From the human T2T-CHM13v2.0 reference genome, Homo sapiens, in the NCBI RefSeq assembly GCF_009914755.1, contig NC_060933.1: a stretch of DNA of 64,000 nt; one strand, written 5' to 3'. Positions 13,501 to 27,049 of this stretch are shown one piece after another. The position numbers and the translations under genes are program-made. A model generated the notes under the pieces. That model made no database searches and was not told the DNA's origin. It worked only from the letters and a program-made list of their open reading frames with translations. Numbering within the stretch: position 1 is the first letter of the stretch; each line of letters opens with the position of its first letter.

Positions 13501-14947
13501 CATTCCATTGCACTCGGGTTGATTCCATTCCATTCCATTCCATTCCATTCCATTCCATTCCATTCCATTCCGGAAGATTCCATTCCATTGCATTCCATTC
13601 CATTCCATTCCCCTGCACTCGCGTTGATTCCATTCCATTCCATTCCATTCCATTCCATTCCATTCCATTCCTTTCCTTTCCATTCCATTCCATTCCATTC
13701 CAATCCATTCCATTCCGTTCCGTTCCGTTCCATTCCATTCCATTCCATTCTATTCGGGTTAATTCCATTCCATTCCATTCGATTGCAAACGAGTTGATTC
13801 CATTCCATTCTATTCCATTCCATTCCATTCCTTTCCATTCCATTACGGATGATTCCATTCCATTGCATTCCATTCCATTCCATTCCCCTGTACTCGGGTT
13901 GATTCCATTCCATTCCATTTCAATCCATGCCATTCCACTCGTGTTGATTCCATTCTTTCCATTCCATTCAAGTTGAATCCATTCCATTGCATTCCATTCC
14001 ATTCCATTCCCCTGCAGTCGGGTTGATTCCATTCCATTCCATTCCATTCCATTCCATTCCATTCCATTCCATTCCTTTCCGTTCCGTTCCATTCCATTCC
14101 ATTCCATTCTATTCGGGTTAATTCCATTCCATTCCATTCCATTCCATTCCAATCGAGTTGATTCCATTCCATTCCATTCCATTCCACTCCATTCCAGTAC
14201 TTTCCATTCCATTCCACTCGGGTTGATTCCAATGTATTCCTTTCCATTCCATTCCATTCCAATGCAATCGAGTTGATTCCATTGCTTTGCATTCCATTCC
14301 ATTCCATTCCATTCCGGATGATTCCATTCCATTGCATTCCATTCCATTCCATTCCCCTGCACTCGGGTTGATTCCATTCCATTCCACTCCATTCCGTTCC
14401 ATTCCATTCCATTCCATTGTATTCGGGTTAATTCCATTCCATTCCATTCCATTCCATTCCATTACAATCGAGTTGATTCCATTCCATTCCATTCCATTCC
14501 AGTCCTTTCCATTCCATTCCACTCGGGTTGATTCCATTCTATTAGTTTCCATTCCATTCCATTCCCTTCCATTCCACTCTGGTGGATACCATTCCTTTCC
14601 ATTCCACTCGAATACATTCCCTCCTATTCCACTCGGAACGATTCCATTCCATTCCATTCCATTCCATTCCATTCCATTTCGTTCCATTCCATTCTATTCC
14701 GTATCATTCCATTCCATTCCATTCCATTCCATTCCATTCCATTCCATTGTACTCGGGTTGATTCAATTCCATTGCATTCCATTCCATTCCATTCCATTCC
14801 ATTCCGTTGCATTCCATTCCATTACATTCGGATTGATTCTATTCAACTCCCTTACTCTCCATTACATTCCACTCCATTCGGGTTGTTCCATTCCATTCCA
14901 TTCCATTCCACTCCATTCCATTGCACTCGGGTTGATTCCATTCCATT
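7530..14947 (+). repeat. 7529-bp higher-order repeat, copy 2
   Basis: Matches 1-7418. The first difference seen is G7419 vs C14948. Confidence 0.95.
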
Positions 14948-17900
14948 CCATTCCATTCCATTCCATTCCATTCCATTCCATTCCGGATGATTCCATTCCA
15001 TTGCATTCCGTTCCATTACATTCCCCTGCACTCGCGTTGTTTCCATTCCATTCCATTCCATTCCATTCAATTCCATTCCATTACAATTCGTTCTATTCCA
15101 TTCTATTCCGTACCATTCCATTCCATTCCATACCATTCCATTCCATGCCATTCCATTCCATTCCGTTCCATTCCGTTCCATTCCATTCCATTCCATTCTA
15201 TTCGGATTAATTCCATTCCATTCCATTCCATTCCATTCTATTCCATTCCATTGCAATCGAGTTGAATCCATTGCATTTCATTCAATCCATTCCATTCCAT
15301 TCCATTCCGGAAGATTCCATTCCATTGCATTCCATTCCATTCCATTCCCCTGCACTCGCGTTGATTGCATTCCATTCCATTCCATTCCATTCCATCCGTT
15401 CCGTTCCATTCCATTCCATTCCATTCCGTTCCGTTCCATTCCATTCCATTCCATTCTATTCGGGTTAATTGCATTCCATTCCATTCGATTGAAATCGAGT
15501 TGATTCCATTCTATTCCATTCCTTTCCATTCCATTACGGATGATTCCATTCCATTGCATTCCATTCCATTCCATTCCCCTGTACTCGGGTTGATTCCATT
15601 CCATTCCATTCCAATCCATGCCATTTCACTCGTGTTGATTCCATTCTTTCCATTCCATTCAAGTTGAATCCATTCCATTGCATTCCATTCCATTCGATTC
15701 CATTCGATTGCACTCGGGTTGATTCCATTCCATTGCATTCCATTCCATTCCATTCCATTCCATTCCGTTCCATTCCATTCCTTTACATTCGGATTGATTC
15801 TATTCAATTCCCTTACACTCCATTACATTCCATTCCATTCGGGTAGTTTCCATTCCATTCCATTCCATTCCTCTCCATTCCATTGCACTCGGGTTGATTC
15901 GATTCCATTGCATTCCATTCCATTCCGTTCCATTCCATTCCGTTCCATTCCATTCGATTACATTCGGAGTGATTCTATTCAACTCCCTTACTCTCCATTA
16001 CATTCCATTCCATTCGGGTTGTTCCATTCCATTCCATTCCATTCCACTCCATTCCATTTCACTCGTGTTGATTCCATTCCATTCCATTCCATTCCATTCC
16101 ATTCCATTCCATTCCATTGCATTCCATTCCGGATGATTCCATTCCATTGCATTCCGTTCCATTACATTCCCTTGCACTCGGGTTGATTCCATTCCATTCC
16201 ATTCCATTCCATTCGATTCCATTCCATTCCCCTGCACTCGCGTTGATTCCATTCCATTCCATTCCATTCCATTCCATTCCATTCCATTCCTTTCCATTCC
16301 AGTCCTTTCCATTCCATTCCACTCGGATTGATTCCATTCTATTAGTTTCCATTCCATTCCATTCCCTTCCATTCCACTCTGGTTGATTCCATTCCTTTCC
16401 ATTCCACTCGAATACATTCCCTCCTATTACACTCGGAACGATTCCATTCCATTCCATTCCATTCCATTCCATTCCATTCCATTCCATTCCATTCCATTTC
16501 GTTCCATTCCATTCTATTCCGTATCATTCCATTCCATTCCATTCCATTCCATTCCACTCGTGTTGATTTCATTCCTTTCCATTCCATTCGGTTTGAAGGC
16601 ATTCCATTCCATTCCATTCCATTCCATTCCATTCCATTCCAGTCCATTCCATTCCATTGTACTCGGGTTGATTCCATTCCATTGCATTCCATTCCATTCC
16701 ATTCCGTTGCATTCCATTCCATTACATTCGGATTGATTCTATTCAACTCCCTTACTCTCCATTCCATTCCATTCCATTCGGGTTGTTCCATTCCATTCCA
16801 TTCCATTCCACTCCATTCCATTGCACTCGGATTGATTCCATTCCATTCCATTCCATTCAATTCCATTCCATTCCGGATGATTCCATTCCATTGCATTCTG
16901 TTCCATTACATTCCCCTGCACTCGGGTTGATTCCATTCCATTCCATTCCATTCCATTCGATTCCATTCCATTCCAATTCTTTCCATTCCATTCTATTCCG
17001 TACCATTCCATTCCATTCCATACAATTCCATTCCATTCCATTCCACTCCGTTCCGTTCCGTTCCGTTCCGTTCCGTTCCGTTCCATTCCATTCCATTCTA
17101 TTCGGTTTAATTCCATTCCATTCCAGTCCATTCCATTCCATTCCATTCTATTCCATTCCATTGCAATCGAGTTGAGTCCATTGCATTCCATTCCATTCCA
17201 TTCCATTCCATTCCGGAAGATTCCATTACATTGCATTCCATTCCTTTCCATTCCATTCCATTCCATTCCATTCCATTCCATTCCATTGTACTCGGGTTGA
17301 TTCCATTCCATTGCATTCCATTCCATTCCATTCCATTCCATTCCATTCCATTCCGTTCCATTCCATTCCATTACATTCGGATTGATTCTTTTCAACTCCC
17401 TTACTCTCCATTACATTCCATTCCATTCGGGTTGTTCCATTGAATTCCATTCCATTCCACTCCATTGCATTGCACTCGGGTTGATTCCATTCCATTCCAT
17501 TCCATTCCATTCTGGATGATTCCATTCCATTGCATTCCGTTCCATTACATTCCCCTGCACTCGGGTTGATTCCATTCCATTCCATTCCATTCCATTCGAT
17601 TCCATTCCATTCCCCTGCACTCGCGTTGATTCCATTCCATTCCATTCCATTCCATTCCATTCCATTCCTTTCCATTCCAGTCTTTTCCATTCCATTCCAC
17701 TCGGGTTGATTCCATTCTATTAGTTTCCATTCCATTCCATTCCCTTCCATTCCACTCTGGTTGATTCCATTCCTTTCCATTCCACTCGAATACATTCCCT
17801 CTTATTCCACTCGGAACGATTCCATTCCATTCCATTCCATTCCATTTCGTTCCATTCCATTCTATTCCGTATCATTCCATTCCATTCCATTCCATTCCAT

Positions 17901-19760
17901 TCCATTGTACTCGGGTTGATTCCATTCCATTGCATTCCATTCCATTCCATTCCATTCCATTCCATTCCGTTGCATTCCATTCCATTACATTCGGATTGAT
18001 TCTATTCAACTCCCTTACTCTCCATTACATTCCATTCCATTTGGGTTGTTCCATTCCATTCCATTCCATTCCACTCCATTCCATTACACTCGGGTTGATT
18101 CCATTCTATTAATTCCATTCCATTCCATTCCATTCCGGATGATTCCATTCCATTGCATTCCTTTCCATTACATTCCCCTGCACTCGCGTTGATTCCATTC
18201 CATTCCATTCAATTCCATTCCATTACAATTCGTTACATTCCATTCTATTCCGTACCATTCCATTCCATTCCATTCCATTTTTTCCATTCCATTCCGGATG
18301 ATTCCATTCCATTGCATTCCGTTCCATTACATTCCCCTGCACTCGCGTTGATTCCATTCCATTCCATTCCATTCCATTCAATTCCATTCCATTACAATTC
18401 GTTCCATTCCATTCTATTCCGTACCATTCCATTCCATTCCATACCATTCCATTCCATTCCATTCCATTCCATTCCATTCCATTCCATTCCGTTCCGTTCC
18501 ATTCCGTTCCATTCCATTCCATTCCATTCTATTCGGGTTAATTCCATTCCATTGTATTCCATTCCATTCCATTCTATTCCATTCCATTGCAATCGAGTTG
18601 AATCAATTGCATTTCATTCCATTCCATTCCATTCCATTCCATACCGGAAGATTCCATTCCATTGCATTCCATTCCATTCCATTACCCTGCACTCGCGTTG
18701 ATTCCATTCCATTCCATTCCATCCATTCCATTCCGTTCCGTTCCATTCCATTCCATTCCATTCCGTTCCGTTCCATTCCATTCCATTCCATTCTATTCGG
18801 GTTAATTACATTCCATTCCATTGGATTGCAATCGAGTTGATTCCATTCCATTCCATTCCATTCCATTCCATTCCATTCCATTCCTTTCCATTCCATTACG
18901 GATGATTCCATTCCATTGCATTCCATTCCATTCCATTCTCCTGTACTCGGGTTGATTCCATTCCATTCCATTCCAATCCATGCCATTCCACTCCTGTTGA
19001 TTCCATTCTTTCCATTCCATTCATGTTGAATCCATTCCATTGCATTCCATTCCATTCGATTCCATTCGATTGCACTCGGGTTGATTCCATTCCATTGCAT
19101 TGCATTCCATTCAATTCCATTCCATTTTATTCCATTCCGTTCCATTCCATTCCATTACATTCGGATTTATTCTATTCAACTCCCTTACTCTCCATTACAT
19201 TCCATTCCATTCGGGTTTTTCCATTCCATTCCATTCCATTCCACTCCATTCCATTGCACTCGGGTTTATTCCATTCCATTCCATTCCATTCCGGAAGATT
19301 CCATTCCATTGCATTCCATTCCATTCCATTCCCCTGCACTCGCGTTGATTCCATTCCATTCCATTCCATTCCATTCCATTCCATTCCATTCCATTCCATT
19401 CTTTTCCGTTCCATTCCATTCCATTCCATTCCATTCCAATGCATTCCATTCCGTTCCGTTGCGTTCCATTCCATTCCATTCCATTCTATTCGGGTTAATT
19501 CCATTCCATTCCATTCGATTGCAATCGAGTTGATTCCATTCCATTCCATTCCATTCCATTCCTTTCCATTCCATTACGGATGATTCCATTCCATTGCATT
19601 CCATTCCATTCCATTCCCCTGTACTCGGGTTGATTCCATTCCATTCCATTCCAATCCATGCCATTCCACTCGTGTTGATTCCATTCTTTCCATTCCATTC
19701 AAGTTGAATCCATTCCATTGCATTCCATTCCATTCCATTCCCCTGCAGTCGGGTTGTTTC
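14948..19760 (+). repeat. Third, deleted and diverged copy of the domain-1 higher-order unit
   Basis: About 16100-19170 matches about 2640-5730 (ORFs 2657/16117, 4567/18002, 5158/18598) with pentamer-count changes. The flanking parts resemble 20-700 and 5900-6490. Confidence 0.8.
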
Positions 19761-21820
19761 CATTCCATTCCATTCCATTCCATTCCATTCCGGATGATTC
19801 CATTCCATTGCATTCCGTTCCATTACATTCCCCTGCACTCGCGTTGATTCCATTCCATTCCATTACTTTCCATTCAATTCCATTCCATTACAATTCGTTC
19901 CAATCCATTCTATTCCGTACCATTCCATTCCATTACATACCATTCCATTCCATTCCATTCCATTCCATTCCATTCCATTCCGTTCCATTCCGTTCCATTC
20001 CATTCAATTCCATTCTATTCGGGTTAATCCCATTCCATTCCATTCCATTCCATTCTATTCCATTCCATTGCAACCTAGTTGAATCCATTGCATTTCATTC
20101 CATTCCATTGCATTCCATTCCGGAAGATTCCATTCCATTGCATTCCATTCCATGCCATTCCCCTGCACTCGCGTTGATTCCATTCCATTCCATTCCATTC
20201 CATTCCATTCCATTCCATTCCATTCCGTTCCGTTCCGTTCCATTCCATTCCATTCCGTTCCGTTCCGTTCCATTCCGTTCCGTTCCATTCCATTCCATTC
20301 CATTCCATTCCGGTCCGTTCCATTCCATTCCATTCCATTCCATTCCATTCCATTCCTTTCCATTCCATTACGGATGATTCCATTCCATTGCATTCCATTC
20401 CATTCCATTCCCCTGTACTCGGGTTGATTCCATTCGATTGCATTCCAATCCATGCCCTTCCACTCGTGTTGATTCCATTCTTTCCATTCCATTCAAGTTG
20501 AATCCATTCCATTGCATTCCATTCCATTCGATTCCATTCGATTGCACTCGGGTTGATTCCATTCCATTGCATTCCATTCCATTCCATTCCATTCCATTCC
20601 ATTCTGTTCCTTTCCATTCTATTACATTCGGATTGATTCTATTCAATTCCCTTACACTCCATTAAGTTCCATTCCATTCGGGTAGTTTCCATTCCATTCC
20701 ATTCCATTCCTCTCCATTCCATTGCACTCGGGTTGATTCCATTCCATTGCATTCCATTCCATTCCATTCAACTCCATTCCGTTCCACTCCATTCCAATAC
20801 ATTCGGATTGATTCTATTCAACTCCCTTAGTCCCCATTACATTTCATTCCATTCGGGTTGTTCCATTCCATTCCATTCCATTCCACTCCATTCCATTGCA
20901 CTGGGGTTTATTCCATTCCATTCTATTCCATTCCATTCCATTCCATTCCATTCCGGAAGATTCCATTCCATTGCATTCCATTCCATTCCATTCCCCTGCA
21001 CTCGCGTTGATTCCATTCCATTCCATTCCATTCCATTCCATTCCTTTCGTTTCCATTCCATTCCATTCCATTCCATTCCATTCCGTTCCGTTCCGTTCCG
21101 TTCCATTCCATTCCATTCCATTCTATTCGGGTTAATTCCATTCCATTCCATTCGATTGCAATCGAGTCGATTCCATTCCATTCCATTCCATTCCATTCCA
21201 TTCCATTCCTTTCCATTCCATTACGGATGATTCCATTCCATTGCATTCCATTCCATTCCATTCCCCTGTACTCGGGTTGATTCCATTCCATTCCATTCCG
21301 TTCCATTCCATTCCATTCCATTCCATTCCATTCCATGCCATTCCACTCGGGTTGATTCCATTCCTTTCCATTCCATTCGAGTTGAATCCATTCCATTCCA
21401 TTCTATTCCATTCGATTCCATTCCATTGCTCACGTGTTCATTCCATTCCATTCCATTCCATTCCATTCCATTTCGTTCCATTCCATTGTCTTCCGTAGTA
21501 TTCCATTCCATTCCATTCCACTCCATTCCATGCCATTCCACTCGGGTTTATTCCATTCCTTTCCATTCCATTCGGATTGAATTCATTCCATTCCATTCCA
21601 TTCCATTCCATTCAATTCCATTACATTGCACTCGGGTTGATTCCATTCCATTCCATTCCATTTCAATCCATTCCCTTCCATTCCATTTCATTCCATTCCA
21701 TTCCATTCCATTCCATCCCATTTCATTCCATTCCATTCCATGCCATTCCACTCGGGTTGATTCCATTCCTTTCCATTCCATTCTAGTTGAACCCATTCCA
21801 TTCCATTCCATTCCATTCCA

Positions 21821-21865
21821 TTCCGTTCCGTTGCACACGGAATGGAATGGAATGGAAACAACCCG
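21821..21865. other. Strand-switch junction 1 (CATTC to GGAAT)
   Basis: TTCCGTTCCGTTGCACACGG|AATGGAATGGAATGGAAACAACCCG. GG at 21839-21840 (possibly ACGG at 21837-21840) can be assigned to either side. Confidence 0.95.
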
Positions 21866-23776
21866 AATGGAATGGAATGGAATGGAGTGTAAGGGAATTG
21901 AATACAATCAATCCGAATGTAACGGAATGGAATGGAACGGAATGAAATGGAATGGCATAGAATGGAATGGAATCAACCCGAGCGCAATGGAATGGAATGG
22001 AATGGAATGGAATGGATTCAACCCGAATGGAATGGAAAGGAATGGAATAAACCCGAGTGAAATGGCATGGAAGGGAATGGAATGGAATGGAATGGTACTT
22101 AGTAGAATGGAATGGAACGAAATGGAATGGAATGGAATGGAATGGAATGGAATGGACCCGTGAGCAACGGAATGGAATGGAATGGAATGGAATGGAAGGG
22201 AATGGAATGGGTTCAATTCGAATGGAATGGAAAGGAATGGAATCAACCGGAGTGCAATGGCATGGAATGGAATGGAATGGAATGGAATGGAATGGAATGG
22301 AATGGATTCAACCCGAATGGAATGGAAAGGAATGGAATAAACCCGAGTGGAATGGCATGGAATGGAGTGGAATGGAATGGAATGGAATGGAATGGAATGG
22401 AATGGAATGGAATTAAACCTAATAGAATGGAATGGAATGGAATGGAATGGAATGGAAGGGAATGGAATGGAATGGAATGGAATGGAATGGAATGGAATTA
22501 ACACGAATAGAATGGAATGGAATGCAATGGAATGGAATGGAATGGAATCAACTCGATTTCAATGGAATGGAATGGAATGGAATGGAATGGAATGGAAGGG
22601 AATGGAATGAAATTAACCGGAATAGAATGGAATGGAATGGAATGGAATGGAATGGAATGGAATGGAATGGAATGGAATAGAATGGAATCCAACCGAGTGC
22701 AGTGGAATGGAATGGAATGGAATGCAATGGAATGGAATCATACGGAATGGAATGGAATGGAATGGAATGAAATGGAATGGAATGCAATGGAATGGAATGG
22801 AATAAACCCGAGTGGAATGGCATGGAATGGAGTGGAATGGAATTGAATGGAAGGGAATGGTACGGAATAGAATGGAATGGAACGAAATGCAATGGAATGG
22901 AATGGAATGGAATGGAATGAACCCGTGTGCAATTGAATGGAATCGAATGGAATGGAATGCAATGGAATGGATTCAACTAGAATGGAATGGAAAGGAATGG
23001 AATCAACCCGAGTGGAATGGCATGGCATGGAATGGAATGGAATGGAATGGAAAGGAATGGTATGGAATAGAATGGAATGGAACGAAATGGAATGGAATGG
23101 AATGGAATGCAATGGAATGGAATGGAATAGAATGGAATCCACCCGATTGCAGGGGAATGGAATGGAATGGAATGGAATGGAATGGAATGGAATGGATTCA
23201 ACCCGAATGGAATGGAAAGGAATGGAATCAACACGAGTGGATTGGCATGGAATGGAATGGAATGGAATGGAATGGTAGGGAATAGAATGGAATGGAACGA
23301 AATGGAATGGAATGGAATGGAATGGAATGGAATGGAATGGAATCAACCTGAGTGCAATGGAATGGAGTGGAAGGGAATGTAATGGAACGGAAACAACACG
23401 AATGGAATGGAATGTAATGGAGTGTAACGGAATTGAATACAATCAATCCGAATGTAATGGAATGGAATGGAACGGAATGGAATGGAATGCAATGGAATGG
23501 AAAAGAATGGAATGGAATGAAATGGAATGGCAGGGAATGGAATGGAATCAACCCGAGTGCAATGGAATGGAATAGAATGGAATGGAATGGAATGGAATGG
23601 ATTCAACCCGAATGGAAGGGAAAGGAATGGAATAAACCCGAGTGGAATGGCATGGAATGGAATGGAATGGAATGGAATGGTACGGAATAGAATGGAATGG
23701 AACGAAATGGAATGGAATGGAATGGAATGGAATGGAATGGAATGGAATGGAATGGAATCAACGTGAGTGCAATGGA

Positions 23777-24318
23777 ATGGAATGGAATGGAATGGAATGG
23801 AATGGAATGGAAACAACCCGAATGGAATGGAATGGAATGGAGTGTAAGGAATTGAATACAATCAATCCGAATGTAATGGAATGGAATGGAACAGAATGGA
23901 ATGGAATGGAATACAGTGGAATGGATTCAAACCTAGTGCAATGGAATGGAATGGAATGGAATGGAATGGAATGGATTGGATTCAAAACAAATGGAATGGA
24001 AAGCAATAGAATCAACCCGAGTGGAATGGCATGGAATGGAATGGAATGGAATGGAATGGAATGGAAACAACCCGAATGGAATGGAATGGAATGGAGTGTA
24101 AGGAATTGAATACAATCAATCCGAATGTAATGGAATGGAATGGAACAGTATGGAATGGAATGGAATACAGTGGAATGGATTCAAACCTAGTGCAATGGAA
24201 TGGAATGGAATGGAATGGAATGGAATGGATTGGATTCAAAACAAATGGAATGGAAAGCAATAGAATCAACCCGAGTGGAATGGCATGGAATGGAATGGAA
24301 TGGAATGGAATGGAATGG
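23777..24318 (-). repeat. 254-bp tandem duplication
   Basis: AAACAACCCG at 23811/24065 and AAGCAATAGA at 24001/24255. One substitution seen (ACAGAATGG vs ACAGTATGG). Confidence 0.92.
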
Positions 24319-27049
24319 TACGGAATAGAATGCAATGGAACGAAATGGAATGGAATGGAATGGAATGGAACGGAATGGAATGGAATCAACTCGATTGCAA
24401 TGGAATGTAATGGAATGCAATGGAATTAACGCGAATAGAATGGAACGGAATGGAATGGAACGGAATGGAATGGAATGGGATGGAATGGAATCAATCTGAG
24501 TGCAGGGGAATGGAATGGAATGGAATGCAATGGAATGGAATGTAATGGAATGGAATGCAATGGAATGGAATGGAATGGAATGGAATGCAATGGAATCAAC
24601 TCGATTGCAATGGGATGGAATGGAATGGAATGGAATGGAATGGAAGGGAATGGAATGGAATGGAATTAACCTGAACAGAATGGAATGGAATGGAATGCAA
24701 CGGAATGGAATGGAATGGAATGGAATGGAATGGAATCAACCCGATTGCAATGGAATGGAGTGGAATGGAGTGGAATGGAATGGAATCAACCCGAGTGCAG
24801 GGGAATGGAATGGAATGGAATGCAATGGAATGGAATCATCCGGAATGGAATGGAATGGAATGGAATGCAAAGCAATTTAATCAACTCGATTGCAATGGAA
24901 TGGAATGGAATGGAAAGGAATACATTGGAATCAACCCGAGTGGAATGGAATGGAAAGGACTGGAATGGAGTGGAATGGAATGGAATGGAATGGAATGGAA
25001 TCAACTCGATTGGAATGGAATGGAATGGAATGGAATGGAATGGAATGGAATTAACCCGAATAGAATGGAATGGAATGGAATGGAACGGAATGGAATGGAA
25101 TGGAATGGAATGGAATGGAATCAACCCGACTGCAGGGGAATGGAATGGAATGGAATGCAATGGAATGGATTCAACTTGAATGGAATTGAAAGAATGGAAT
25201 CAACACGAGTGGAATGGCATGGATTGGAATGGAATTGAATGGAATCAACCCGAGTACAGGGGAATGGAATGGAATGAAATGCAATGGAATGGAATCATCC
25301 GTAATGGAATGGAAAGGAATGCAATGGAATGGAATGGAATGGAATGGAATGGAATCAACTCGATTGCAGTCGAATGGAATGGAATGGAATTAACCCGAAT
25401 AGAATGGAATGGAATGGAATGGAACGGAACGGAATGGAATGGAATGGAATGGATTGGAACGGAAAGGAAGGGAATGGAATGGAATAGAATGGAATGGAAT
25501 GGAATCAACGCGAGTGCAGGGGAATGGAATGGAATGGAATGCAATGGAATGGAATCTTCCTGAAAGGAATGGAATGGAATGGAATGCAATGGAATGGAAT
25601 CAACCCGAGTGCAATGGAATGGAGTGGAATGGAATGGAATGGAATGGAACAACCCGAATGGAATGGAATGTAATGGAGAGTAAGGGAGTTGAATAGAATC
25701 AATCCGAATGGAATGGAATGGAATGGAACGGAATGGAATTGAATGGAATGGAATGGAATGCAATGGAATGGAATCAACCCGAGTGCAATGGAATGGAGAG
25801 GAATGGAATGGAATGGAATGGAAACTACCCGAATGGAATGGAATGTAATGGAGTGTAAGGGAATTGAATAGAATCAATCCGAATGTAATGGAATGGAATG
25901 GAACGGAATGGAATGGAATGGAATGGAATGGAATGGAATGCAATGGAATGGAATCAACCCGAGTGCAATCGAATGGAATCGAATAGAATGGAATGCAATG
26001 GAATGGATTCAACTTGAATGGAATGGAAAGAATGGAATCAACACGAGTGGAATGGCATGGATTGGAATGGAATGGAATGGAATCAACCCGAGTACAGGGG
26101 AATGGAATGGAATGGAATGCAATGGAATGGAATCATCCGTAATGGAATGGAAAGGAATGGAATGGAATGGAATGGAATGGAATGGAATGGAATGGAATGG
26201 AATCAACACGATTGCAATCGAATGGAATGGAATGGAATTAACCAAAATAGAATGGAATGGAATGGAATGGAACGGAACGGAATGAAATGGAATGGAATGG
26301 AATGGAATGGAACGGAACGGAATGGAATGGAATGGAATGGAATGGAATCAACGCGAGTGCAGGGGAATGGAATGGAATGGAATGCAATGGAATGGAATCT
26401 TCCGGAATGGAATGGAATGGAATGGAATGGAATGAAATGCAATGGATTCAACTCGATTGCAATGGAATGGAATAGAATGGAATGGAATGGAATGGAATGG
26501 AATTAATCCGAATAGAATGGAATGGAATGGAATGGAACGGAATGGAAAGGAATGGAATGGAATGGAATGGAATGGAATGGAATGGAATGGAATGGAATGT
26601 ATGGAATAGAATGGAATGGTACGGAACAGAATGGAATGGAACGAATTGTAATGGAATGGAATTGAATGGAATGGAATGGAATGGAATGGAATCAACGCGA
26701 GTGCAGGGGAATGTAATGGAACGGAATGCAATGGAATGGAATCATCCGGAATGGAATGGAGTGGAATGGAATGGAATGGAAAGGAATCAACCCGAGTGCA
26801 ATGGAATGGAGTGGAATGGAAGGGAATGGAATGGAACAACCCGAATGGAATGGAATGTAATGGAGAGTAAGGGAGTTGAATAGAATCAATCCGAATGTAA
26901 TGGAATGGAATGCAACGGAATGGAATGGAATGGAATGGAATGGAATGCAATTGAATGGAATGGAATGATACGGAATAGAATGGAATGGAACGAAATGGAA
27001 TGGAATGGAATGGAATAGAATGGAATGGAACGAAATGGAATGGAATGGA

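Larger units (their letters stand above)
1..21838 (+). repeat. Human satellite 3 (HSat3) array, domain 1, CATTC strand on +
   Basis: Continuous (CATTC)n with interspersed ACTCGGGTTG / ACTCGCGTTG / ACTCGTGTTG / ATTCGGGTTA variants. The decamer is the classical satellite III diagnostic. Confidence 0.97.

Noticed and set aside
21426-22163. Chimeric HSIPF-to-MEWNG ORF (likewise 56871-57755 and 56981-57814)
   Set aside because: These merely read across the strand-switch junctions. They are useful as markers but are not genes.
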